Position numbers and translations under genes: made by a program
Shown here: positions 49,792-59,053 of the stretch, piece after piece
How the letters are laid out: each line of letters starts with the position of its first letter
How positions within the stretch are numbered: position 1 is the first letter of the stretch
NCBI GenBank assembly: GCA_013152275.1
Contig: JAADGS010000027.1
Coordinates: 1 to 64,000, forward strand
DNA length: 64,000 nt
Direction: 5' to 3'
Source: Actinomycetota bacterium
Lineage (GTDB): Bacteria; Actinomycetota; Acidimicrobiia; Spongiisociales; UBA4744
The notes under the pieces: model-generated
Told to the model about the DNA's origin: nothing
Database searches by the model: none
The model's input: only the letters and a program-made list of their open reading frames with translations

Positions 49792-50889
49792 GTGCATCCA
49801 CTAGCGATTCTCTTTCTCATGATCGGCATCCCTGCCGGGATCGCTCTTCTGTATGTTTTCGTGCGCGGGAGCGCAGGGCTGCGGCGCTATGTGATCACTC
49901 GTGTGCTGCTGACGATCCCGATGATCTTCATCCTCGCATCGCTCGTGTTCCTCGTCCTGCGGGCGATTCCGGGTGATCCGGTGACGTCCAGCCTTGGGCC
50001 GAAAGGCAGCCCCGAACTCAAGCAACGGCTGAGGACGGAACTCGGCCTGGAAGATCCGATGATCGTGCAGTACGGAAGGTTCCTGGGAGAGGTCGTCACC
50101 TTGGACTTCGGACGGTCACTCGTCGGGGGACGGCGGCGCATCGTGGACGAGATGGGTGAGCGGTTTCCCGCGACGTTGGAGCTGATCGTCCCTGCCGCGT
50201 TGATGGCGCTGCTCCTGGGTATCGTTCCGGGGACCTTCGCGGCGTCGCGTCGAAGACGGACAGCCGACTACTCACTGCGCCTGTACAGCGTCATCGTGTA
50301 TTCCATGCCGATCTTCTGGCTGGGTCTGCTGCTTCAGTTGCTGTTCGCCGTCCATCTGGGCTGGGTTCCGGTCGCAGGGCGCATTGACGCCGTTGTGGGG
50401 ACGACTGTCCATCGAACTACCAATATTCTCCTGATCGACACCCTGTTGACGGGGAATTGGCCTGCTTTCTGGAGTGTCGTGCATCACCTCATCCTTCCGG
50501 TGATCACGCTCGGATTGATCCTGTCGGGAGTCTTTCTCCGACTCACCCGCATCAACGTCATCGAGACGTTGCAGCAGGACTACATCACCGCAGCCCGCGC
50601 TCGAGGTGTCAAAGAATGGGTCGTCGTCTATCGACACGCGTTGAAGAACGCGATGATCCCGGTGATCACGCTGATCGGACTGCAGGTGGCCATCCTGCTG
50701 GCAGGTGCGGTGCTGACCGAGACGGTGTTCTCATGGCCGGGAATGGGGCGGTATCTCGTGGAAAGGATCTCGGTTCGTGACTACACCGCCGTCCAGAGTG
50801 TGATCACGATGTTCGCGATCTTTGTGGCGCTCATCAGCCTTGCCGTGGACATCGTCTACTCGCTGCTCGACCCGAGGGTGCGGTACTGA
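49792..50889 (+). CDS. ABC transporter permease (DppB/OppB-like)
   Basis: IPGDP, LGLEDP…QY, ERFPATLEL, DYITAARARG, HALKNA, ETVFSWPGMG, LLDPRVRY. Confidence 0.93.
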   Translation: MHPLAILFLMIGIPAGIALLYVFVRGSAGLRRYVITRVLLTIPMIFILASLVFLVLRAIPGDPVTSSLGPKGSPELKQRLRTELGLEDPMIVQYGRFLGEVVTLDFGRSLVGGRRRIVDEMGERFPATLELIVPAALMALLLGIVPGTFAASRRRRTADYSLRLYSVIVYSMPIFWLGLLLQLLFAVHLGWVPVAGRIDAVVGTTVHRTTNILLIDTLLTGNWPAFWSVVHHLILPVITLGLILSGVFLRLTRINVIETLQQDYITAARARGVKEWVVVYRHALKNAMIPVITLIGLQVAILLAGAVLTETVFSWPGMGRYLVERISVRDYTAVQSVITMFAIFVALISLAVDIVYSLLDPRVRY

Positions 50890-52151
50890 TGGCGAATCCG
50901 CAGACCCGCGAAGAGGTACCCCAGTGGGAGCAGGACCTTGCCAAGGTCGGCTGGGTCCGCAGGGCAATCCAGGCACGCCGTTGGTACAAGGCCGACTGGT
51001 GGTTCGTCACGATCAGCATGGTCCTCGTGTTGTTCTTCCTCATGTTGGCGATCGCCCCGGGAGCGTTCGCCGCCCATGATCCTCGGGAGCAGGTCGGACC
51101 CCGACTCCTCGCACCCGGTGAGGCACCCGACGTCGAGGCGCTTGTCGTGCCCGTGGATTCGGGCATCGCCACACTCAGTGACCTCGCAGGTGTCGGCAGA
51201 GTCTCCGTTGGAGTCGTCAAGGGCACGCCTTCGAGCCAGACGGTTCGTGATGAGGCAGCCCGCATCACCGACGAGATGAAGGCGAAGGGAAGCGACGATA
51301 CGATCCGGCTGAGGGTGAAGCGCTATGAGACCGTGGAAGAGACGCTCGCGGCATTGGCCGCCGGTGACATCGGCTTCGCCGTGCTTTCCTCGAAAGCCGC
51401 ATCGGCGATCATCGATCAGTATCCCGGACTGGTCGTGGACGGACCGGTGGCCGGAGAAGGAATCTCGACGAGTGGCAGTTTCCCGCTCGGAACGAACCAG
51501 CTCGGTCAGGACGTTCTCAGCCGGCTGATCTGGGGGACGCGAGTTGCCTTTCTCATCGGATTCGCGGCGGCACTCATGTCGCTGATCATCGGGCTCCCAC
51601 TCGGGTTGATTGCCGGGTTCGCGGGCGGATGGCTGGATCGCACGATGAGTGTGATCATGGACAGCCTCTACGCGTTCCCGGGGCTGATCCTCGCCATCGC
51701 GATCACGGCGGTACTCGGTCCTTCGATCATCAACGTGATCGTTGCCATCGGCGTCGTGTATGTTCCGACCTACTACCGGATCGTGCGCGGGCAGACGCTG
51801 TCGGTGAAAGAAGAGATGTATGTGGAGGCAGCTCGCAGCATCGGCGCCACGCGCGGCTCGATCTTGCGCAGCTATGTCTTCCCGAACGTCATTCCATCGG
51901 TGGCCATCATCTTCTCGGTCAACGTCGCCGATGCCATCCTCACCGGTGCAGGCCTGAGCTTCCTTGGTCTCGGCCTTCCACCGGACACGCCGGACTGGGG
52001 CATCGATCTGGCTCGCGGTCAGGAGAACATCCAGAACGCGTGGTGGATGATCACCTTCCCCGGTCTCGCCGTGATGTCCGTCGTGCTCGCCTTCACCATG
52101 ATGGGTGAGGGCCTCATGGAGATCTTCAACCCGAAACTGAGGGATCGATGA
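50889..52151 (+). CDS. ABC transporter permease (DppC/OppC-like) with an inserted extracellular domain of about 105 aa
   Basis: FPLGTNQLGQDVLSRLIWG, YVEAARSIGA, LSFLGLG, PDWG; insert before FPLGT. Confidence 0.9.
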   Translation: MANPQTREEVPQWEQDLAKVGWVRRAIQARRWYKADWWFVTISMVLVLFFLMLAIAPGAFAAHDPREQVGPRLLAPGEAPDVEALVVPVDSGIATLSDLAGVGRVSVGVVKGTPSSQTVRDEAARITDEMKAKGSDDTIRLRVKRYETVEETLAALAAGDIGFAVLSSKAASAIIDQYPGLVVDGPVAGEGISTSGSFPLGTNQLGQDVLSRLIWGTRVAFLIGFAAALMSLIIGLPLGLIAGFAGGWLDRTMSVIMDSLYAFPGLILAIAITAVLGPSIINVIVAIGVVYVPTYYRIVRGQTLSVKEEMYVEAARSIGATRGSILRSYVFPNVIPSVAIIFSVNVADAILTGAGLSFLGLGLPPDTPDWGIDLARGQENIQNAWWMITFPGLAVMSVVLAFTMMGEGLMEIFNPKLRDR

Positions 52152-53140
52152 TGGGAGACATCCTCTACTCGATACGCGACCTCACCGTGGAGTACGCGAC
52201 CCGCTCCGGTTATGTGCACGCTGTCGACCAGGTCTCGTTCGACATCCGCAGAACCGAGATCCTGGGTCTCGTCGGCGAGTCCGGTTGCGGCAAGTCCACG
52301 TTGGGCAAGGCGCTCATGCGAATGATCCGACCTCCGGGTCGGATCGACGGCGGGGAGCTGTGGTTCGACGGCGTCGACCTCATGACGCTGTCGGAAAGGC
52401 AGATGCAGTCTGTCCGCGGTGCCGATATCGGCATGGTGTTCCAGGATCCCATGACGTCGCTGAACCCGGTCCAGAGGGTGATCGAGCATCTCACCGAGAC
52501 CATCCGAACCCATGAGCGGGGTGTCTCGGAGCTTGCGGCGAGAGCGAGATCCGAGGAACTGGTCGAGAAGCTCGGGATCAGGCGGGAGCGTCTTACCGAC
52601 TACCCCCACCAGCTCTCCGGAGGAATGCGGCAGCGGGTCATGATCTCACTGGCGCTTGCCCTGCGAGCAAAACTGGTGATCGCCGACGAGCCGACGACCT
52701 CTCTCGACGTCATCGTCGAGGCGAAATTCCTGGATCTGCTTCGGGAGCTTCGTGAGGAGTTCGACCTGACGATCCTGCTGATCACGCACAACATCGGCGT
52801 CGTCGCCGAAGTCGCCGACCGTGTCGCCGTCATGTATGCGGGCCGGATGGCGGAGATCGGTGACGTGTATGGAGTGTTCGAGAAACCGAAGCATCCGTAC
52901 ACCGATGGTCTGCTCCAGTCGGTGCCGAACATCAATCTGGCCGAACACGACCTCTACAAGATGGAGGGTTCCCCACCGAACCTGCTCCATCCTCCGTCCG
53001 GATGCCCGTTCCATCCTCGCTGTCCGAAGGCGATGGATATCTGCGCAGTCGAGGTGCCGGTGTTCCACGAAGTGGTTCCGGGACAGGCAACCGCATGCTG
53101 GCTCTATGAAGACGCCACCGAGGGGGCTGCGCGTGGCTGA
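52148..53140 (+). CDS. ABC transporter ATP-binding protein (DppD/OppD-like)
   Basis: [31 protein letters not shown]-terminal CPFHPRC…C…C. Confidence 0.94.
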   Translation: MMGDILYSIRDLTVEYATRSGYVHAVDQVSFDIRRTEILGLVGESGCGKSTLGKALMRMIRPPGRIDGGELWFDGVDLMTLSERQMQSVRGADIGMVFQDPMTSLNPVQRVIEHLTETIRTHERGVSELAARARSEELVEKLGIRRERLTDYPHQLSGGMRQRVMISLALALRAKLVIADEPTTSLDVIVEAKFLDLLRELREEFDLTILLITHNIGVVAEVADRVAVMYAGRMAEIGDVYGVFEKPKHPYTDGLLQSVPNINLAEHDLYKMEGSPPNLLHPPSGCPFHPRCPKAMDICAVEVPVFHEVVPGQATACWLYEDATEGAARG

Positions 53141-54161
53141 GAATCTCGTCGAGGTTGTCGACCTCAAGAAGTGGTTCCCCGTCGCGCAGGGGTTTGTGGC
53201 GGGGCTGACCGGTGCTCCCCGTCGGTATGTGCGAGCCGTCGATGGGGTCACGTTCGAAATCCGCAAGGGAGAGGTATTCGGCCTCGCCGGCGAATCCGGC
53301 TCGGGAAAGTCCACCGTCGGCAGATTGGTGCTTCGGCTGCTCGAGCCGACCGACGGGAAGGTCGTGTTCGATGGCGTCGAGTTGGGTTCACTGTCTCGTG
53401 AAGAAATGCGGAAGCTTCGGCACCGCATGCAGGTCGTCTTCCAGGATCCGCTGGCGTCACTGAACCCCCGGATGACGATCGGCGAGGCCATCGAACATCC
53501 TGCAAAGATCCATATGCCCCATCTGAGTGCGGAGGAGCGCCACGCGCTCGTCCTTCGGATGCTCGACCAGGTGGGGATGGTGCCTCCGGAGTTCTTCCAC
53601 TCGAAGTATCCGCATCAGATCAGCGGTGGGCAACGGCAGCGGATCGTGTTCGCGAGGGGAATGATCACCGCACCCGATCTCATCGTGGCCGATGAGCCGA
53701 TCGCCATGGCGGACGTGAGCGTGCGAGCGCTGCTGCTCGATCTGATGATGGAGCTCAAGGATGAGTTCGACCTCACGTATCTGTTCATCAGTCACGACCT
53801 CGCCACCGCGAAGTATGTGTGCAACCGGATTGCCATCATGTATCTCGGCAAGATCGTCGAGATCGGTCCGCTCGAAGAGGTCTACACGAACGCGCAGCAT
53901 CCCTACACGCGGGCACTGCTCGACGCGGTTCCCGTTCCAGACCCGAAGCACCGGCGCACCGAGCCGCTGCCGGCCGGCGAGATTCCCAACCCGATCGATC
54001 CGCCTCCCGGCTGCAATTTCCATCCGCGGTGCAAGATCGCGCAAGCCGGGATCTGTGACGAGATCGACCCGGTCCTCTTGCCGGTCGGCGATGATCCCGA
54101 GCATCTCGCCGCCTGCCATCTTCGTACCGGCGAGTATCGGGACCTCGACCCGACGAAGTAG
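53133..54161 (+). CDS. ABC transporter ATP-binding protein (DppF/OppF-like)
   Basis: GESGSGKST, ISGGQRQR, HPYTRALL, CNFHPRC; GTG start overlapping upstream stop. Confidence 0.94.
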   Translation: MAENLVEVVDLKKWFPVAQGFVAGLTGAPRRYVRAVDGVTFEIRKGEVFGLAGESGSGKSTVGRLVLRLLEPTDGKVVFDGVELGSLSREEMRKLRHRMQVVFQDPLASLNPRMTIGEAIEHPAKIHMPHLSAEERHALVLRMLDQVGMVPPEFFHSKYPHQISGGQRQRIVFARGMITAPDLIVADEPIAMADVSVRALLLDLMMELKDEFDLTYLFISHDLATAKYVCNRIAIMYLGKIVEIGPLEEVYTNAQHPYTRALLDAVPVPDPKHRRTEPLPAGEIPNPIDPPPGCNFHPRCKIAQAGICDEIDPVLLPVGDDPEHLAACHLRTGEYRDLDPTK

Positions 54162-54167
54162 TTCCCG

Positions 54168-54274
54168 TTCTCGTCAATGCCGGCGTCGGTATGCGACGCT
54201 TGTATTGACAGGAATCAGGTCCCGGTTTTCTTGTCAATGCCGGCGTCGGTATGCGACGCTTGTATTGACGAGAA
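54168..54274. repeat. Two direct copies (60-bp period) of a palindromic REP-like unit
   Basis: Identical 37-mer GTCAATGCCGGCGTCGGTATGCGACGCTTGTATTGAC at 54173 and 54233; each folds into a hairpin, with TTCT…GAA flanks. Confidence 0.9.
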
Positions 54275-54283
54275 AGGGTGGAT

Positions 54284-55174
54284 GTGCGGATAGGGATCGA
54301 CCTGGGTGGAACCAAGATCGAGGGGATCGCTCTCGACGACAGAGACCACGAGCTGGTTCGGCGGAGGATCGCGACCCCTGCCGGCGACTATGAGGCGATC
54401 GTTCGAGCCGTCGCAGAGCTGGCCCGATCGCTCGAAGAGGCGACCGGATCTCAGGGAACGGTGGGGATCGGGCACCCGGGCGCGATCTCACCTGCCACAG
54501 GTCTGGTCAAGAACGCCAACTCCGTCGTGCTCAACGGGCGTCCGCTCGATGAAGACCTCTCGGCAGCTCTCGGTCGGCCGGTCCGTCTCGCCAACGACGC
54601 CGACTGCTTCGCGCTGTCCGAGGCGATCGACGGGGCGGCGGTTGGAGCAGACGTCGTGTTTGCAGTGATCCTGGGCACGGGGGTCGGTGGGGGCATTGTG
54701 GTACATGGCGCACTGCTGTCCGGTCCGAACGGTATCGCCGGCGAGTGGGGGCACAACCCGTTGCCGTGGCCACGGGCGGATGAACTGCCCGGTCCCGCCT
54801 GCTATTGCGGGCTGCACGGCTGTGTGGAGACGTACCTCTCAGGGCCGGCGATGGAGCGCGATTACTCCGAAGGGCGGGAGCTGTCGAGTCGGGAAATCGT
54901 TCGGCGGGCCGAGGCCGGAGGCGACAGGGCGATCGCGGTGATGGATCGGTATGTCGACAGGCTCGCGAGGTCGCTCGCCGTTGTGATCAACATCGTCGAT
55001 CCGAACGTCGTCGTCTTGGGTGGTGGCATGTCCAACATCGATGTTCTCTATGAACGGATTCCACAGATGTGGGACAGGTACGTGTTCAGCGACCGGGTCG
55101 ATACCCGGTTGGTGAAGGCGCTCCACGGTGACTCGAGCGGAGTGCGTGGTGCTGCACGGCTCTGGCCCGGGTAG
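54284..55174 (+). CDS. ROK family sugar kinase (fructokinase Mak-like)
   Basis: IGIDLGGTKIE, ANDADCFALSEA, ILGTGVGGG, GEWGHNPLPW, CYCGLHGCVE, HGDSSGVRGAA. Confidence 0.9.
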   Translation: MRIGIDLGGTKIEGIALDDRDHELVRRRIATPAGDYEAIVRAVAELARSLEEATGSQGTVGIGHPGAISPATGLVKNANSVVLNGRPLDEDLSAALGRPVRLANDADCFALSEAIDGAAVGADVVFAVILGTGVGGGIVVHGALLSGPNGIAGEWGHNPLPWPRADELPGPACYCGLHGCVETYLSGPAMERDYSEGRELSSREIVRRAEAGGDRAIAVMDRYVDRLARSLAVVINIVDPNVVVLGGGMSNIDVLYERIPQMWDRYVFSDRVDTRLVKALHGDSSGVRGAARLWPG

Positions 55175-55204
55175 TCGGGTCACGGCTGTAGCCTCCTCCG
55201 AGCG

Positions 55205-55792
55205 ATGAGGATCGGTACGACACGTTTCCAGAAGACAGCATTTGCATTTGGCGGCCTCGCGGCCCTCGGCGCGCTTCTGCTCGTCACGGGCGGGTTGTCG
55301 GGAGCCCATCTGGAGAATCGTGACACGTTCTGCGCGTCTTGCCATTCGCAACCGGAGAGTGTCTACGTCACTCGCAGCCTCGCGGCGAACCCGATCGATC
55401 TGGCGAGCTTCCACACCACGAAGCAGGTGCGCTGCATCGACTGTCACTCCGGGCCTGGCGTGATGGGGAGGGCCTCCGCCCTCGCGCTGGGGGTTCGGGA
55501 CGCAACGCGCTACTTCACGGGTCGTTTCACCCAGCCGGCACCACTGACCAGGGCGATCGCCGACGCGCAGTGCACGAAGTGTCACGGCGATGTGGCGAAC
55601 GGGCAGGACTTCCAGAACCACTTCCACGTGTTCCTCGCCCAGTGGCAGGCACGGAGCCCGAACGCGGCCTCCTGTGTCCGCTGCCACGAGAGTCACATCA
55701 CCGATGGAGAGGCGCGTATCGGATTCCTCAACGAGGCGCGCACCACCCAGGTCTGTCAGGCTTGTCACTCGTTCGCGGGCGCAGATGACTGA
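55205..55792 (+). CDS. Membrane-anchored multiheme c-type cytochrome (5 CxxCH; NapC/NirT-like N-terminus)
   Basis: N-terminal hydrophobic helix; CASCH, CIDCH, CTKCH, CVRCH, CQACH. Confidence 0.85.
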   Translation: MRIGTTRFQKTAFAFGGLAALGALLLVTGGLSGAHLENRDTFCASCHSQPESVYVTRSLAANPIDLASFHTTKQVRCIDCHSGPGVMGRASALALGVRDATRYFTGRFTQPAPLTRAIADAQCTKCHGDVANGQDFQNHFHVFLAQWQARSPNAASCVRCHESHITDGEARIGFLNEARTTQVCQACHSFAGADD

Positions 55793-57093
55793 GGTATCTC
55801 GAGGACGAGCCCTTCGAGGCGGTCGAAGACGACGCCGGCGTTGCGGAGATGCCGTTCCGGCTCGAAACAGCCGGCGATGCCGTCACCGTCGAGTGGCACA
55901 TCGAGATCGGTCATGAGCAGGTCGCGCAGATCTCGGTCTTCGTTCCAGGCGCGTACCGCGTCACGCTGGACGATCCGATAGGCGTCGTCGCGCGTGAGGC
56001 CGGCGTCCACGAGCGCGAGCAGCACGGACTGACTGAACACGAGGCCGCGTGTTGCGTCGAGGTTCGCCTGCATGCGTTCCGGTTTGACGATCAGACCGTC
56101 GACAACCCTTGCGAATGTGGCAAGCATGTAGTCGAGGGTCGTGCACGCATCGGGAAGAATCACCCGTTCGGCGGAGGAGTGGCTGATGTCCCGTTCATGC
56201 CAGAGTGAGACGTTCTCCAGGGCCGTTACCGCATAGCCGCGCAACACGCGGGCAAGGCCCGCCATACGTTCGGACAGGATCGGGTTGCGCTTGTGAGGCA
56301 TCGCCGATGAGCCCTTCTGGCCAGGCTGGAAAGGCTCTTGAACTTCGCCGAGTTCACTTCGCTGCAGGTGGCGGATCTCGGTGGCGAAGCGCTCGATCGA
56401 AGATCCCGTGAGAGCGATGGCCTGAATCAGTTCCGCATGGCGGTCCCGGTGGGTTATCTGTGACGATGCGGGTTCGATGCCCAGACCGAGCCTCTCACAC
56501 ACATACGCCTCGATGGCAGGGGGTGCCTGAGCATAGGTGCCGACTGCTCCGCTGATCTTGCCGACGGCAACGGACTCGCGGGCGCGTTGCATCCTGGCGT
56601 GGTCTCGCTCGAGTTCGAACGCCCATGTGGCGAGTTTCAAGCCGAATGTCGTGGGTTCGGCCCACATGCCATGGGTTCGGCCCACCATCACCGTGTCTCG
56701 GTGTTCGAACGCTCGACGTTTGACGATGTCGAAGAGGGCGGTGATCTTCTCGATCAGGAGGTCCGCTGCATCGCGCAGCACGGTGGCCTGTGCGGTGTCG
56801 AGGACATCGGACGAGGTGAGACCGTAGTGGACCCACGAGCCGGCGGGCCCCGACGATGATGCGAGCAGATCGACGAACGCCGCGACGTCGTGGTGTGTGA
56901 TCTGTTCTCGCTCCTTCCAAGCGACAGGATCGACCGGTGGTGCAGAGCGGACGGCCTGTCCGGCTCCTTCCGGAGCGATACCGGCGTCTTCCCATGCCTC
57001 GACGACGAGTGCCTCGACTTCGGTCCACATGGAGAGTTTGTGTGACTCAGACCAGAGTTCCACCATTTCGGGGAGGGAGTATCGGGCGATCAT
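55765..57093 (-). CDS. purB: Adenylosuccinate lyase
   Basis: MIARYS, HDVAAF, HYGLTSSD, GRTHG, GSSAMPHKRNP, WHERDISHSSAER. Confidence 0.96.
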   Translation of the reverse strand: MIARYSLPEMVELWSESHKLSMWTEVEALVVEAWEDAGIAPEGAGQAVRSAPPVDPVAWKEREQITHHDVAAFVDLLASSSGPAGSWVHYGLTSSDVLDTAQATVLRDAADLLIEKITALFDIVKRRAFEHRDTVMVGRTHGMWAEPTTFGLKLATWAFELERDHARMQRARESVAVGKISGAVGTYAQAPPAIEAYVCERLGLGIEPASSQITHRDRHAELIQAIALTGSSIERFATEIRHLQRSELGEVQEPFQPGQKGSSAMPHKRNPILSERMAGLARVLRGYAVTALENVSLWHERDISHSSAERVILPDACTTLDYMLATFARVVDGLIVKPERMQANLDATRGLVFSQSVLLALVDAGLTRDDAYRIVQRDAVRAWNEDRDLRDLLMTDLDVPLDGDGIAGCFEPERHLRNAGVVFDRLEGLVLEIPQSSAPANE

Positions 57094-57196
57094 GGGCGTA
57101 TCTTCGCAGGTCCCCGTCTGCTCCGGCGTGAGGCGGTGGGGCTTCTTGGCGAACTCATGAACGGGCCGTCTAGTGTCGTGGTTCCTGGAGGGAGCA

Positions 57197-58378
57197 ATGC
57201 GAACGCTGACAAATGCTCAGGCGCGCAGAATCGCGCTTCACGCGCAAGGGTTTGCCGACCCGGTGCCCAAGGGCAGAGTGGACGTACGGCACTTTCGCAG
57301 GGTGATCCGCCGCACCGGAGTCGTACAGCTGGATTCGGTGAACGTGCTCGCGAGGGCTCACTACCTGCCGTTCTTCTCTCGGCTCGGCTCGTATGATCGG
57401 GGCACGCTCGACCGGTGGCTGTGGAATAGTGGCGAACTGTTCGAGTACTGGGGGCACGAAGCCTCGCTCCTTCCCATTGACGCCAGGCCCCTGCTTGTGC
57501 ACCGAATGAACGGCGACACCCACTGGGCGTCGATCGAAAGGCTCGGCCGGGAACGTCCCGACTTCATCGAGCACATCTTGAACGAAGTCCGGACCAGAGG
57601 TCCACTGACCGTATCGGACCTCGACGCGCAAGAGCGGAGATCTGACGCGTGGTGGGGATGGCGAGCGGAGAAGCTCGCTCTCGAATGGCTTTTCTTCCGT
57701 GGAAGGCTCACCGTCGCCGGTCGGCCCAACTTTTCGCGGTTGTACGACTTACCCGAGCGGGTTCATCCGCAGGCGCTCACGTGGATCGCACCGGCGGTGG
57801 AGGATGCCCGAAAGGAGTTGCTTCTGCGTGCCGCAACAGCACACGGGATAGGGACCGCAGCCGACCTGGCCGACTACTACCGGATGCGGCCGGCGGTGGC
57901 GAGGCCTCTTCTCGATGACCTGGTGCGGTCCGGTCGGCTGCAGCTCGCCGAGGTGACCGGATGGTCCGGAAACGCGTACGTGCATCCTGACGCGGTCTTG
58001 CCCCGTCGCATCGAGGGCGCCGCGCTCGTAGGCCCGTTCGATCCGCTCATCTGGTGCAGGCCCCGTGCGGAGCGACTGTTCGATTTCCGCTACAGGATCG
58101 AGATCTATGTACCCGTGGAGAAGCGACAGTTCGGGTACTACGTCCTGCCGTTTCTGCTCGACGGGGAGTTCGTCGGTCGTGTCGATCTCAAGGCCGATCG
58201 CAAGAGGAGCGTTCTGATGGCGCGGAGTTCCTATGTGGAAGATGGGCACGATCCGATGAGGGTTGCCCGGGCCATGGCCGGAGAGCTTTGGTCGATGGCC
58301 CGATGGCTGGGACTGGGAGAGCTCGAAATCGACCAAAAGGGGGACTTGTCGAGCCTCCTCCGGAAGGAGGCGCAGTGA
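57197..58378 (+). CDS. YcaQ/AlkZ family winged-helix DNA glycosylase (crosslink repair)
   Basis: ARRIALHAQGF, VQLDSVNVLARAHY (QxD), FEYWGHEAS, PFDPL, YRIEIYVP…KRQFGYYVLP. Confidence 0.88.
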   Translation: MRTLTNAQARRIALHAQGFADPVPKGRVDVRHFRRVIRRTGVVQLDSVNVLARAHYLPFFSRLGSYDRGTLDRWLWNSGELFEYWGHEASLLPIDARPLLVHRMNGDTHWASIERLGRERPDFIEHILNEVRTRGPLTVSDLDAQERRSDAWWGWRAEKLALEWLFFRGRLTVAGRPNFSRLYDLPERVHPQALTWIAPAVEDARKELLLRAATAHGIGTAADLADYYRMRPAVARPLLDDLVRSGRLQLAEVTGWSGNAYVHPDAVLPRRIEGAALVGPFDPLIWCRPRAERLFDFRYRIEIYVPVEKRQFGYYVLPFLLDGEFVGRVDLKADRKRSVLMARSSYVEDGHDPMRVARAMAGELWSMARWLGLGELEIDQKGDLSSLLRKEAQ

Positions 58379-58980
58379 GCGCGTTCCTCGAAGGCGTCAT
58401 CGCAGGATACGGCATTGCCATCCCCGTTGGCCCGATTGCGGTGCTGATCATCGGACTCGGTACACGTCGTGGCTTCCCCCGGGCCTTCTTTGCAGGTCTT
58501 GGCGCGGCACTGGCCGATCTGATCTACGCAGGCGTTGCGGCGGTCGCCGGGGCTACCGCCGCCGCCCTGCTGATGCCATACGAAGGGGCATTGCGGGTTG
58601 CCGGAGGGTTGGTGCTGCTGGTTGTCGCCGTCGCCGCGGCGATGAAGACGTTCCGGCCGGGCTCTGAAAGCGAACGTACGGCTTCGTCTCATGTGCGCGC
58701 GCTGACGGGCTTCCTGTCGATCACGTTGATGAACCCGGTAACGCTCACGTACTTTGCCGCCTTGATTCTCGGATCGGCCGGAGGCGTGGCCACGACGGCG
58801 ACAGGAGCGATGTTGTTCGTCACCGGAGCCTTCCTCGCGTCACTCTCATGGCAGACATCCCTCGCCGTGGCCGGCGCGGTGCTCGGGCATCGTATGTCCG
58901 ATCGAACACGCGTCGTCACGGGGTTGCTGGGGGCCGGCGTGATCCTGCTGCTGGCGGTTCGGATGCTGTTCGTAGCCTGA
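58375..58980 (+). CDS. LysE family transporter
   Basis: GYGIAIPVGPI, GLGAALAD, TLMNPVT; GTGA overlap. Confidence 0.88.
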   Translation: MSAFLEGVIAGYGIAIPVGPIAVLIIGLGTRRGFPRAFFAGLGAALADLIYAGVAAVAGATAAALLMPYEGALRVAGGLVLLVVAVAAAMKTFRPGSESERTASSHVRALTGFLSITLMNPVTLTYFAALILGSAGGVATTATGAMLFVTGAFLASLSWQTSLAVAGAVLGHRMSDRTRVVTGLLGAGVILLLAVRMLFVA

Positions 58981-59053
58981 GCTGCCACGCTCACCGCACG
59001 GTCGTGTGTCGATCCGAGGCCGCGCAACGAAGCGCCTGGTACTCGACAGAGGC

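Noticed and set aside
54168..54274. Mini CRISPR array (37-bp repeat x2, 23-nt spacer)
   Set aside because: Only two units, palindromy extends into the spacer, no leader and no cas genes in the window; fits REP-like repeats better.
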